NCBI GenBank assembly: GCA_045636045.1
Contig: JAZTWT010000011.1
Location: 1-63,449, forward strand
From: Candidatus Enterousia sp.
GTDB lineage: Bacteria > Pseudomonadota > Alphaproteobacteria > Rs-D84
Reading direction: 5' to 3'
DNA length: 63,449 nucleotides
Shown here: piece after piece, positions 45,307 through 55,475 of the stretch
Position numbering within the stretch: the stretch's first letter is position 1
How the letters are laid out: each line of letters starts with the position of its first letter
Notes under the pieces: generated by a model
What the model was told of the DNA's origin: nothing
The model's input: the letters and a program-made list of their open reading frames with translations, nothing else
The model's database searches: none
Position numbers and translations under genes: made by a program

Positions 45307-47067
45307 TTATTCGGCACTGGACATTGCAGGAATTGTGACAATGTCATTGTATTGCGACAAGAAGCGTGCTCCGGTTCCACAATACACCTTGGACAGGGAA
45401 TCCTTGTACTTGCGCACTTCGGTGACCCAGCGTTCTTCTACATCTTTTTTCGCGCCCTGGTATCCGCTGAATGCGCCCATTGCACCACCAATACCCGCGC
45501 CGGTCAGGGTTGATTTCAGACGCGCCTTGTTCCCGAAATCAATCAGGTTGCCATCCTGGGCGTTGCGGTACATTGGATAAAAATCATCCAGACTGTAATC
45601 CATTGTTTCCGTCTTGTATGCTTCGTTATTAGAATTACGCAAATACAGATTCGCCGGCTTGAAATAAGGGGATTTTTTTACTTCTAACCAATCGCTTTTC
45701 TTGTATCCGAATGCCTTGTCCTCAATTCCTGCGATTAGGGCTGGCTCTTTCTTGTCCGATGTTTTGGCAGATGCAATTTTTACATATGTCGTTGATGTGC
45801 GCGTATCGCTTTTTTCTCCTAACTTATTTAAATAACGCCCTTTATTCCCATTCTCGTCCACTAACAATTCATAACGCATCCCCTTTAGGTCTGTATAGTC
45901 TTTGGCCGCCAAATCTTCCAGTGTTACTTCTTTTTGATTGGCTATTTGTATACTGGATTGACCTTCCAATCTGATAGAAATCAATTCGCGGAATTCGCAG
46001 TTTTGGTATACACCATTAACCTCTTTACATACAATAGTTTCTTCGTCGCCGCCGATATTGTAAAATGCCGCCTGTGGGTTGCCATCATCACCTGTGCCAG
46101 AGAACTCTTTTCCTTTGGCGACATAGCCCCAGATACAAGAATTCTTGGCACCATTTATAATACAATCTTCGATGCGCAAAACCGCATCACCAGCCGCGAC
46201 CATGTTTCCAACAACCGCGCCGGCAGTGGCATTAACGCCAGCAGACAAAATCGTATCCCCGGCAATCTTGCCTGTTTGCGTATGTCCGACCATCAATGCC
46301 GCACCACCCAGTGCACCAATCGCTGTGGTTTTTAATTTATCTTCGCCACCACCCAACAGGCCTGTCTTTCCAGGTTCATTCTTGCCAATCATATTGCCGG
46401 CAACACCAAATAGAACCGCACCAGCCGCTATCTTCAGCCCTGCATCCTGTTTCTGTTCCTGGTTCATAACCTCAATAACGTCTTCCATCGTTGGTTCATT
46501 ATCCGCGGGGAATTCGATTTTTCCTGCTTCTTCCAACCATGTTGCAGCAGGAAAATCTTCGATATTACAACGTATGGATTCACCAGCCGATAAATTTGCA
46601 CGCGCAACAACCAAATCTTTGCCATCTGGGCCGGCCTGGTATGCACGCATTTCTATAACCGCAGTACATGTCGATGCACCACCCACACCACGCCCAATTG
46701 TTGGGCCAGCCCATTCAAACTGACCATTTGGATAAATCATCGAACAACGTTCCAGTTGGGTCACCGTGACCGGCGCATCCGCATCACCAGAACGTATTTT
46801 TTCTGCCAATTCAGGATTTGAAACAGTGACAGGTAATTCCACAGGTATTGCTGCAACCGCAGCTTGCTGCGCGGCCAATGTATTCGCCGCTGCATTATAT
46901 CGCATATCGTTTACCTGTTGATAGCCCTGGGCATTACTGCGCGACAAATTACCAACACGTATTCCTGCGGACTGCGCATTCGGCATACACGCCAGCATTG
47001 CCAATAAAGAACCATAAAATATCGACGTTTTTTGTTTCATTCTCTCTGCCCTGCTTTTAAATGACAA
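45307..47067 (-). CDS. large secreted hypothetical protein (586 aa)
   Basis: Signal peptide ..SIFYGSLLAMLACMPNAQSA and a Gly/Ala-rich central segment. No motif recognised. Confidence 0.5.
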   Translation of the reverse strand: MSFKSRAERMKQKTSIFYGSLLAMLACMPNAQSAGIRVGNLSRSNAQGYQQVNDMRYNAAANTLAAQQAAVAAIPVELPVTVSNPELAEKIRSGDADAPVTVTQLERCSMIYPNGQFEWAGPTIGRGVGGASTCTAVIEMRAYQAGPDGKDLVVARANLSAGESIRCNIEDFPAATWLEEAGKIEFPADNEPTMEDVIEVMNQEQKQDAGLKIAAGAVLFGVAGNMIGKNEPGKTGLLGGGEDKLKTTAIGALGGAALMVGHTQTGKIAGDTILSAGVNATAGAVVGNMVAAGDAVLRIEDCIINGAKNSCIWGYVAKGKEFSGTGDDGNPQAAFYNIGGDEETIVCKEVNGVYQNCEFRELISIRLEGQSSIQIANQKEVTLEDLAAKDYTDLKGMRYELLVDENGNKGRYLNKLGEKSDTRTSTTYVKIASAKTSDKKEPALIAGIEDKAFGYKKSDWLEVKKSPYFKPANLYLRNSNNEAYKTETMDYSLDDFYPMYRNAQDGNLIDFGNKARLKSTLTGAGIGGAMGAFSGYQGAKKDVEERWVTEVRKYKDSLSKVYCGTGARFLSQYNDIVTIPAMSSAE

Positions 47068-47102
47068 TGCAACCGGGACAATGCCCGGTGCGCATATTTC
47101 TT

Positions 47103-48221
47103 TTAGAACTGCAATCTTAATCTGGCGCCAATATCAACCATGCCCAGACGACCACTTTCATACCAGTTGGTGTAATGGAAGACACTGTCATACGGCGCTT
47201 CGTATTCACCTGCTGCACCGTCACCCAACCATTCAATCTGGGATAAAACAATACTGCCTGATGTTTTAACCTTGCCCAGATTGGCATAACGAACAAAGAA
47301 GTCTATCTTTATTCCACCTTCCATCTCTGTTGTGACACCACCTTCCAGCATAAAGGCCAAGGATTCAGATGTACCACCATTATGATATGCAGTAATATCT
47401 GAAATACCCGTCAATTGACCGGCCGCTGCATACGCAGGATCCATCACAGAATAAAATGTATTATCATATACAACATAATCTGCAATAGAATTCAAAGAAA
47501 TACCAACACCAGCACCAATATACGGGCGCAATGCACCGCCAGCCAAATACCCAGTGTACGAGTCAACATTATAGTAAACATTTAACATCGTAGCATTTGC
47601 AGTAATCGCACCCCCATCGACCTGGGCCGGAGAATCAGTCTGATTAAAATCTGCGTCAGCAGGAACAATTATTGAATTTGGATAAGATAAACCAGAATAT
47701 CTGAGATAAGAAAAGTCAATACGAATATCATTATTTATCGCTGCACCAACAGACACCTGCAATGGAATCACACTGTCGGACGCAAAGTCAGCACCGAAGA
47801 ACGCACCCGGCACAGTATAAGAATCTTCTTCGCCACGATAATCTGCATTCATCGACCCCATAACAGACGCAGTATACGCAACACCCAATCCGACATACAA
47901 ACCACTGTCCGCCAATCGGTCATAATCAGACGGCTGATAATAAGAACGCCCCGCAGTTGTCTGGGACGATCCAACATGTGGCAAGGCCCCTGTGACACGG
48001 GTTGGCTGTGCCGCCACTGCACGGTTGTATGGCATATTATAGTTCGCACCACCCGACATCTGGCCCCCCATCATCTGAGCACCCGACACCTGTCTGCCCA
48101 TCTGGGCACCTGCCATTTGTCCACCCTGGTACGACGGATATGCAGAATACACCGCACCTGCCACATTCGGCACAGCAAATAAAAGACCCGTCAACACGGC
48201 AAAAATATTGAGTTTCTTCAT
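47103..48221 (-). CDS. outer-membrane beta-barrel protein with an N-terminal G/Q/M-rich repeat region
   Basis: Signal peptide MKKLNIFAVLTGLLFAVPNVAGA, GGQMAGAQMGRQVSGAQMMGGQMSGG repeats, an Omp25-like strand pattern and a C-terminal ..LRLQF. Confidence 0.6.
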   Translation of the reverse strand: MKKLNIFAVLTGLLFAVPNVAGAVYSAYPSYQGGQMAGAQMGRQVSGAQMMGGQMSGGANYNMPYNRAVAAQPTRVTGALPHVGSSQTTAGRSYYQPSDYDRLADSGLYVGLGVAYTASVMGSMNADYRGEEDSYTVPGAFFGADFASDSVIPLQVSVGAAINNDIRIDFSYLRYSGLSYPNSIIVPADADFNQTDSPAQVDGGAITANATMLNVYYNVDSYTGYLAGGALRPYIGAGVGISLNSIADYVVYDNTFYSVMDPAYAAAGQLTGISDITAYHNGGTSESLAFMLEGGVTTEMEGGIKIDFFVRYANLGKVKTSGSIVLSQIEWLGDGAAGEYEAPYDSVFHYTNWYESGRLGMVDIGARLRLQF

Positions 48222-48302
48222 ACCTTTCCCATTATTCCTTTTGAAACATTATATCATTTCAACGGAATTGGTGCAAGCAATTGTACAACAGGCACGCTAA
48301 AT

Positions 48303-49553
48303 TTATTTCTTTTTATATGCCAGTACATACGGAACAAATTTATCAGTATGCGCCCCCCAAAACCACGCACGGGGAATCAGAATGGAATTTCCCATACCAG
48401 CCGCCATTTTCTGAACACATTCGCCATTTTTTGCATTAATCATTTCAGTCAATTTTACGGTCACAGAATCCATAGTCCCCGGCAGAATAAACGTTATCTC
48501 GTCCCCCACCTTGGTTTCATTACGCAATTCAAATGTTATATTTTCATCCGTCACCGCCGTTATAACACCAGCAGCATGATAATCAGATGTGCTGCGCGTT
48601 GTTTCATAGTTATGCGCATCCGCCCCAACCGGTCCATCAAAAAATGCCGTCGTATAACCGCGCGTTTCCATACGATTTAAGTCCGCCATAAAGGGCGCAG
48701 GGTCAAATTTTTCAGGGGCCGCCGCATATTCATCCAATGCACAGCGATACGCATGAACCACACTGCCAACATAATATTCAGACCGATTGCGACCCTCGAT
48801 TTTCAGACTATCTGGATCAGACTCAATCACCTCTGCCAATCGCGGCATCAGACACAGGTCTTTGGAATTCATAATGTATGCGCCACGTCCGTCTTCTTCA
48901 ATCGGCATTTCGACACCACTGTCGCGTTCGCGCAAAACAACATCATATTTCCAACGGCACAGTTGTGCGCACGCCCCACGATTTGCAGGACGCCCCGTAA
49001 TAAAATTGGACAACAAACAACGCCCCGAATACGACATGCACATTGCACCATGCACAAAAATTTCCAAACCAACATCCGGACATTCAGCGCGTATATTTTT
49101 AAATTCATTGTGTGATACTTCGCGCGCCAAAACACATAACTTGGCCCCTGCGTTCTGCCAGAACTTAACCGTTTTCGCCGAACAAATATTCGCCTGGGTC
49201 GAAATATGAATTGGCATTTCTGGGAAATTTTCACGCACCCACATTACAATACCCGGATCAGACACAATCAACGCATCGGGACGCAGATAATCTATTATCT
49301 CGGCTACGCGTGGCATGTTAGCATATTCGTGATCATGCGCAAACAGATTGAATGCCAGGTAAACTTTCTTGCCGGCGGCGTGCGCCAATTCTATCCCCTG
49401 TTTTACTTCATCAACAGTAATCTTGGCGCGGGCACGCATCGAAAAGCCCGGCAACCCGGCATATATCGCATCTGCACCATACAAAATGGCGGTTTTAAAG
49501 GCATCCAACGTACCCGCCGGTGCCAATAATTCTGGTAATTTAATTTTAGTCAT
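48303..49553 (-). CDS. U32 family peptidase-like protein (RlhA/UbiU-type)
   Basis: Start MTKIKLPELLAPAG at 49553. Contains the U32 signature region E..VHGA.C.SYSGRCL.S and a Cys cluster. Confidence 0.85.
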   Translation of the reverse strand: MTKIKLPELLAPAGTLDAFKTAILYGADAIYAGLPGFSMRARAKITVDEVKQGIELAHAAGKKVYLAFNLFAHDHEYANMPRVAEIIDYLRPDALIVSDPGIVMWVRENFPEMPIHISTQANICSAKTVKFWQNAGAKLCVLAREVSHNEFKNIRAECPDVGLEIFVHGAMCMSYSGRCLLSNFITGRPANRGACAQLCRWKYDVVLRERDSGVEMPIEEDGRGAYIMNSKDLCLMPRLAEVIESDPDSLKIEGRNRSEYYVGSVVHAYRCALDEYAAAPEKFDPAPFMADLNRMETRGYTTAFFDGPVGADAHNYETTRSTSDYHAAGVITAVTDENITFELRNETKVGDEITFILPGTMDSVTVKLTEMINAKNGECVQKMAAGMGNSILIPRAWFWGAHTDKFVPYVLAYKKK

Positions 49554-49912
49554 GTCTATATTGTGCCCCAAATAAAATCAAAGGCAAGGATTTTGTAAAA
49601 AGAAACTTGAAAAGCGATAATTTGTGACATACTATGAAAAAGATAACAATTATGACAATAGAATATAACAAAAGCACGATTTATATCGTGCCATTGGCAT
49701 ATTAAAGCTTTTGCGCAAAATGCAAAGACATCACCCAAAAGACATTAGCTGTTTCTAATGTGCGACATGACAAGAAATAACAACACATTGCCCAGCACGA
49801 TTATATTTTTATGATTGAAATACCAAGAAATCATATTGAATATGCGTGGGAAACTATAAATAAAAAAACCAGTTATCTTGTACGATACCTGTGACAAACA
49901 AAATTTTTCCCA

Positions 49913-50164
49913 ATGTGCACACCAAACATAAAAAAAATACCAGAACCAGAAATTGAACTAACACGTTGCGATGGTTGCGACATGTCATGCGCTATGATTT
50001 ATACACGCAGGGCCGACAAATTCTTTCCATTGCACTGCCCCGTTAAAGGTCGTCCAAATTATTTCCTTGATACACCGTTTGAAACACAAGAACAAGCAAT
50101 CCAGGAATCCATAGAACTGGCACAAGAATGCTGGCGCAACAAAAACATGAAAAAAAGCCGATAA
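49913..50164 (+). CDS. small Cys-containing hypothetical protein (83 aa)
   Basis: ORF only. It has CDGCDMSC and HCP motifs but no clear SD. Confidence 0.25.
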   Translation: MCTPNIKKIPEPEIELTRCDGCDMSCAMIYTRRADKFFPLHCPVKGRPNYFLDTPFETQEQAIQESIELAQECWRNKNMKKSR

Positions 50165-50208
50165 ACCGCAAATTGTCAAACAAATCGCAAATTTTACAAA
50201 TTTAAATG

Positions 50209-50303
50209 TTTTATGATTTTTTTACTTGCGTTTGTTTTACAGATATGTATAATTGGGTGGCATTGCCGGTTTAGCTCAGCTGGTAGAGCGGCTGATTTGT
50301 AAT
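50209..50303 (+). repeat. attL: tRNA-Thr promoter plus 5' half (direct repeat of 61211-61305)
   Basis: 39 nt are identical to the 5' part of tRNA-Thr up to the anticodon loop (50265-50303 = 61267-61305). The ~55 nt upstream are colinear and partly conserved, including TATAAT. Confidence 0.8.
50265..50303 (+). pseudogene. truncated tRNA-Thr (5' 39 nt only)
   Basis: GCCGGTTTAGCTCAGCTGGTAGAGCGGCTGATTTGTAAT is followed by unrelated sequence (GAGACACC instead of CAGTAGGTC). Confidence 0.85.
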
Positions 50304-50761
50304 GAGACACCAAAGCAAAGCAGCACAATTGAAAAACATCGGATTTTCGCGGTTTTCCGCGTTTTTTTATTTCTTTTTTTGAACTGGTCGACTGTTGAAA
50401 CTTATGGTGTTTTTTGCCAAATGTTTGAATAAAATGTCCCAAATATGGACCCTATTTTTATCCCCATAAAAACACACTAAAAAACGGTCAAAAACATATC
50501 ATGAAAAAATATTTTTTATGGTCCTGTCCTGGTCCACTGACTTTCTTTTTTTTGCCACGACAACAGCCAAAATATTTTTATGGCACACTCATGCCACCAA
50601 CATGCTCAATCGCTGACACGGGCCATTTGTCGCACAGACACACGGCAAAAAAGCATTCTTTTTATCCAGGAACCAAATTTTAACCCGATATCCATAGGGG
50701 GGGTATGGGATACCGCCCCTCTGATTTTTTATATTCGTGGAATTATGAAACAAAAGAACAT

Positions 50762-51223
50762 TTAACGCTTTTTGCTTGGTAACAATATTATTATCAATCC
50801 TGGCAAATTTCCCAACACAACCTCTAAATGATATTTTGTTAAATAGCTAATAAAAGTATATAAACGCAAATTATATATATGACATTCACCATAAATCAAA
50901 CAATTAATCGCCACTTTATTCATTAGCAATTCGGGCAAAATCGCAATTGTCGCCCCGAATACAAGCGCAAGACCAATCCACCACATAGATATACCAGTAT
51001 CACGAAAACGACGCCAAAGCATTGTAGTAGCAGGCAGCATGCAAATTATTGACACACACGCAGCCAAGTTTAATGATAAAACCGCTGTCGCCAGCAATAG
51101 TATAAGCAAAAACAACGATGTTAACCAATATTCCTTGCGAGTTGTACGCCCCCTAAAATCAACATATCCAATCCAAAAATTTTTTATTGCCTGATAAAAA
51201 GTTATGTTATTTGTTTTTTTCAT
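50762..51223 (-). CDS. DUF805 family inner-membrane protein
   Basis: The N-terminal F.GR..R.EYW pattern (VDFRGRTTRKEYW) is followed by TM segments. It lies 15 nt downstream of hsdR. Confidence 0.65.
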   Translation of the reverse strand: MKKTNNITFYQAIKNFWIGYVDFRGRTTRKEYWLTSLFLLILLLATAVLSLNLAACVSIICMLPATTMLWRRFRDTGISMWWIGLALVFGATIAILPELLMNKVAINCLIYGECHIYNLRLYTFISYLTKYHLEVVLGNLPGLIIILLPSKKR

Positions 51224-51238
51224 TTTTTACTCCTTTAT

Positions 51239-54200
51239 TTATTCACTAATACTGAAAAAGCGTTCAAAGAATGCCACAATCTTTTCAATTACTGTTTTTT
51301 TCTTTTGGGCGCGGTTATTATCACGGTCAAACATGGACATTGGTGGCAAGATTTTGCCAATATCTGTGCCACTGGTTTGAACCGCACCATCGCGGAATGC
51401 ATTTTGAACAAACTTGTATGTTTCTTCACGGTTCAAGTTTTCTTCGGCAATTATACGGTCCAGTTCTGTGGCCTTGGCACTGTTAACAAATTTAACCCAA
51501 TCACGGTCAACAATGGTGTCAGGTGTTAAAGATGCCACGAACTGCATAATCAGGTCTTTTTTATTACGCAATTCAACACTGGAATCCACCGCCTTTTGGA
51601 TTGTTATCAAAATTTCTTTGTCATTCATGTGCGATTCATGATAACGCGCAATCAAAGACAGGATATAGTCAATATTAACGTCCACGGACTTTATCAATTC
51701 CATTTCAAAGACCACATCGTCCTTTACATTTTCTGCGGTGCCATGGGTTGGGCGCATTTCTGTATAAAGGCCGATATACATACTTTGATAATCTTGGAAT
51801 TGGCGCGGACTTAATATTTCATTGCCAGCAAACTCATCAAATGAATGCAAAATGTTCTTTACGCGCAATATTGCACCGAACAGACGCACAAATTCTTTCT
51901 TGTCGCTTTCAGACGCCAACACAATGCCCGCTTGGAATTTATCAGTTAATTCGCTTATCAGTTCGGCATAGCCCACCACATGTTTACCGTTCTTTTCATA
52001 ACCGTTATAATATTCATCATAGGTTTTCAGCAGAACCAAACCAGCCGCATCTTTGTCGCCAAACAAAGCAATACTTTCATTTGTTGCGTTTTCTAGGTTG
52101 CGGAAACACACAATATTGCCATGTGTTTTAACGGCATTCAAAATGCGGTTAGTGCGTGAAAATGCCTGCAATAAACCATGTTGGCGCAAATTCTTGTCCA
52201 CCCACAGCGTGTTTAATGTGGTGGCATCAAACCCCGTCAGGAACATATTAACCACAATAACCATATCCAATTCACGGTTTTTAATACGCAATGATAGGTC
52301 TTTGTAATAATTTGGGAATTTGGCTGCACTGGTGTCAAATGTGGTTCCAAACATTGCATTATAGTCCGCAATAGCCATGTCCAAGAAATCACGCGAACTG
52401 GCATCCAAACCGCTGGTGTCGTCACTGTTTTCATCCAGAACGCCATCCTCTTCATTTACCCCAAAACTGTAAATGGTCGCAATCTTTATCTGCTTGTCCG
52501 ATGGCAGGCCCACCATTTGGCGTTTGAATTCGTTATAATACAGTTTTGCCGCATCAATACTGGACACAGCGAACATGGAATTAAAGCCCGCCAGACGGCG
52601 TTCTTTTACCTTGTAAAAGGTATTACGCATGGTCTTTTGGTCAAAGTGTTCCAAAATATACTTTGTTATGCGACTAATGCGTTCAGGGGCCAATAATATA
52701 CCCTCGCGGTCAATGTCAGCAACCTGCTTGTCGTCAATATCTTCTGCGACACGCAGAGTTGAAACATAATCAATTTTGAACGGCAGAACATTCTTGTCAC
52801 GAATAGCATCCACAATGGTATAAGTGTGCAACTTTTGCCCGAACGCCTGTTCTGTGGTTTTCAGGTCTGGTTTGCCGCCACCCTGGGCATTGGCTGCAAA
52901 GATTGGCGTGCCTGTAAAGCCAAACAGGTGATATTTCTTGAACGACTTTGTTATAGCACTGTGCATTTCACCAAATTGGGAACGGTGGCATTCATCGAAT
53001 ATCAAAACCACATGTTGGTCAAACACAGGGTGGTCACGATGCTTTTTAATGAATGTGGACAGTTTTTGAATGGTGGTTATAATAATGCGCGCGCTGGATT
53101 CTGGACGCAATTGGCGTTCCAATACGGCGGTGCTGGTATTACTGTTGGCGGCACCTTTTTGGAAACGGTCATATTCCAACATTGTTTGATAGTCCAAGTC
53201 CTTGCGGTCAACTACAAACAAAACCTTGTCTATGTCGGTGCGTGCGCTGGCCAATTGGGCGGTTTTGAAACTGGTTAATGTTTTTCCCGAACCCGTGGTA
53301 TGCCAAATATAACCACCACCGTCAACAGTTCCCCATTTCTTATAGTTATTTGCAATTTGTATTTTGTTCAATATGCGTTCGGTGGCCACAATTTGGTATG
53401 GGCGCATAACCAGCAATTGCTGGTCCGCATTAAATACACAATACTTGGTTAAAACATTCAAAATACTGTGGCGCGCCAAGAATGTTTTTGCAAAGTCCAT
53501 CAGGTCTGTGATTGGCATATTGTTGGCGTCCGCCCACCATGATGTGAATTCAAAACTGTTGCTGGTGCGTTTGCCTGCCTTGGGGCCACGATTGGCATTT
53601 TCGTTTATGTGTGAAATGCGGGTGGTATTACTGTAATACTTGGTATATGTGCCATTTGAAATAACAAAAATCTGAACATATTCATACAGACCAGAACCCG
53701 CCCAAAAACTGTCACGCTGATAACGGTTTATTTGGTTAAAGGCCTCTTTGATATCAACGCCACGGCGTTTTAATTCCACATGCACCATTGGAATACCGTT
53801 AACCAGTATGGTCACATCATAACGATTTTCATGCACGCCTGCATCGGTTTCATATTGGTTTATAACCTGCAAGGTGTTATTGTGAATGTTTTCTTTGTCA
53901 ATCAGGTAAATATTTTTAACTGTTCCGTTGTCACGGGTTAACAACTGAATATGGTCTTCTTGGATAATGCGTGTTTTTTCACGAATGCCATTTGATTGGT
54001 TGGCAATATTCTGGGCAAAGAACCGATCCCATTCCGCATCGGTAAAGGTATATTTATTTAATTTTTCCAACTGTTGGCGCAGGTTGGCAATCAATTCGGA
54101 TTCGGTGTGAATTTTTACAGGTTCATACCCCTGGGCCCCAAGTTGTTTTATGAATGCCTGTTCTAATGCGGCCTCGGACTGATAGCGTGTTGCGCTGGTG

Positions 54201-54268
54201 TCACCTGCGCTATATTCCGCAACAACCGTTCCTTGGACATTTTGTGCAACAACATCGTATTTAACCAT
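51239..54268 (-). CDS. hsdR: type I restriction enzyme R subunit (EcoR124-like, type IC)
   Basis: 1009 aa with an N-terminal PD-(D/E)xK nuclease region (DVTILVNGIPMVHVELK), helicase motifs TGSGKT and DECHRSQ, and a long helical C-terminus. Confidence 0.92.
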   Translation of the reverse strand: MVKYDVVAQNVQGTVVAEYSAGDTSATRYQSEAALEQAFIKQLGAQGYEPVKIHTESELIANLRQQLEKLNKYTFTDAEWDRFFAQNIANQSNGIREKTRIIQEDHIQLLTRDNGTVKNIYLIDKENIHNNTLQVINQYETDAGVHENRYDVTILVNGIPMVHVELKRRGVDIKEAFNQINRYQRDSFWAGSGLYEYVQIFVISNGTYTKYYSNTTRISHINENANRGPKAGKRTSNSFEFTSWWADANNMPITDLMDFAKTFLARHSILNVLTKYCVFNADQQLLVMRPYQIVATERILNKIQIANNYKKWGTVDGGGYIWHTTGSGKTLTSFKTAQLASARTDIDKVLFVVDRKDLDYQTMLEYDRFQKGAANSNTSTAVLERQLRPESSARIIITTIQKLSTFIKKHRDHPVFDQHVVLIFDECHRSQFGEMHSAITKSFKKYHLFGFTGTPIFAANAQGGGKPDLKTTEQAFGQKLHTYTIVDAIRDKNVLPFKIDYVSTLRVAEDIDDKQVADIDREGILLAPERISRITKYILEHFDQKTMRNTFYKVKERRLAGFNSMFAVSSIDAAKLYYNEFKRQMVGLPSDKQIKIATIYSFGVNEEDGVLDENSDDTSGLDASSRDFLDMAIADYNAMFGTTFDTSAAKFPNYYKDLSLRIKNRELDMVIVVNMFLTGFDATTLNTLWVDKNLRQHGLLQAFSRTNRILNAVKTHGNIVCFRNLENATNESIALFGDKDAAGLVLLKTYDEYYNGYEKNGKHVVGYAELISELTDKFQAGIVLASESDKKEFVRLFGAILRVKNILHSFDEFAGNEILSPRQFQDYQSMYIGLYTEMRPTHGTAENVKDDVVFEMELIKSVDVNIDYILSLIARYHESHMNDKEILITIQKAVDSSVELRNKKDLIMQFVASLTPDTIVDRDWVKFVNSAKATELDRIIAEENLNREETYKFVQNAFRDGAVQTSGTDIGKILPPMSMFDRDNNRAQKKKTVIEKIVAFFERFFSISE

Positions 54269-54284
54269 TTTTCACCCCTGTATT

Positions 54285-55475
54285 TTATGCCGCCATTGGG
54301 AACGACAATAATTTATCCCGATAATATTCATACTGTTGACGGCGTGCGTTTATTTCCGCAGGCAACCCATCAGATATATCATTTACCAACGCATCAAATT
54401 TATCCAAAATCGCAACAATTCGTTCCTGTTCCGCAAGTGGGGGAATTGGGATTTGCATCATCAAAACGGACTTCATTGTCGGATGCTGAATTCCAGCACC
54501 TTTATAAAAAGTTTTTAATGTATCGATATTATTTGAAAGCCAATAAAATAAAAATTTATTATTCAAAACGTCTGTATCATTGGATGTGGCAATTCTATTG
54601 TCCGATGTGACAAACTTTCCTTTATGGTATTTAACATTTGGTGTCCCGCCCCAAGGAATCGCAACCACCTCGCCATCACACAAATGTTTTCCTGCCAAAC
54701 ATTCAGTTGTATAGCCGCTTTTCCCTATTCCTGTCCCCAACAAACGAACATCGCCATTTTCGCACTCTAATGAGTTCATGTCTTTGGCTAACAAATATGG
54801 GTATTTTATTATTTTATTTTGCATATGCTTTTCAACCCCATTAAATCTTTTGTCCCACGATGTTATTTCCCACAGAGCCATTGTTCTTACCCCCCCCTGT
54901 GAAATATCAGCAAAATTCAATAACTTATCACGATAGTGTTCATATTGTTTTTTTCTTGCCTCCAGTTCTGCCTCCAGTTCTGCCTCCAGTTCTGTAAAGG
55001 AGTCCAGAATACGAACAATTTCCTGCTGAACTGGCAATGGCGGGATTAACACCTCTACCTTTGCCATAACATTACTCATTAACTTTGGGTTCCCCATACC
55101 TGCATTAACATATTTTTTTGCAACTGCGCCCAAAGCATAATGCAAATATTTAACGTCAATATCGTCCATCATTATCTGCAACAACCCACAAACATTTGTT
55201 ATACTAAATTTCCCAGTTCTGTAAAATACAGAACCTGCATTAGCACCATCAGTCGTCCATGTTAAATATTCACCATCGTAATCGAATGTGTTTATCTGCC
55301 CCAACATACCATTGTTTACAGTTTGACTTGAATAAACAGGATACTCTCCATAATTATCACGCAAATAATCCTTGGACATAACCCTGCCACGAGATATTTT
55401 ACAAATATCACCAATGCACACCTGTTTCACCCCATTCGGGCAATATTTGGCAATTAAGTCGGTTATTTTTGACAT
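54285..55475 (-). CDS. hsdS: type I restriction enzyme S (specificity) subunit
   Basis: Two TRDs are separated by conserved helices (LPVQQEIVRILDSFTELEAELEAELEARKKQYEHYRDKLL and LAEQERIVAILDKFDALVNDISDGLPAEINARRQQYEYYRDKLL). Confidence 0.9.
   Translation of the reverse strand: MSKITDLIAKYCPNGVKQVCIGDICKISRGRVMSKDYLRDNYGEYPVYSSQTVNNGMLGQINTFDYDGEYLTWTTDGANAGSVFYRTGKFSITNVCGLLQIMMDDIDVKYLHYALGAVAKKYVNAGMGNPKLMSNVMAKVEVLIPPLPVQQEIVRILDSFTELEAELEAELEARKKQYEHYRDKLLNFADISQGGVRTMALWEITSWDKRFNGVEKHMQNKIIKYPYLLAKDMNSLECENGDVRLLGTGIGKSGYTTECLAGKHLCDGEVVAIPWGGTPNVKYHKGKFVTSDNRIATSNDTDVLNNKFLFYWLSNNIDTLKTFYKGAGIQHPTMKSVLMMQIPIPPLAEQERIVAILDKFDALVNDISDGLPAEINARRQQYEYYRDKLLSFPMAA
54958..54993 (-). repeat. 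3 x 12-bp perfect tandem repeat inside hsdS (encodes ELEAELEAELEA)
   Basis: GCCTCCAGTTCT occurs three times on the plus strand, in the central coiled-coil spacer of HsdS. Confidence 0.9.

Noticed and set aside
49572-49912. The 340-bp AT-rich intergenic region upstream of the U32 gene, checked for ncRNA, repeats or a CRISPR leader.
   Set aside because: I could find no repeats, no convincing promoter-terminator pair and no stable conserved-looking hairpins.
54958-54993. The tandem 12-mers as a possible CRISPR or minisatellite locus.
   Set aside because: The repeats are contiguous with no spacers, in frame, and lie inside hsdS, where they encode the ELEA coiled-coil. This is not a CRISPR array.
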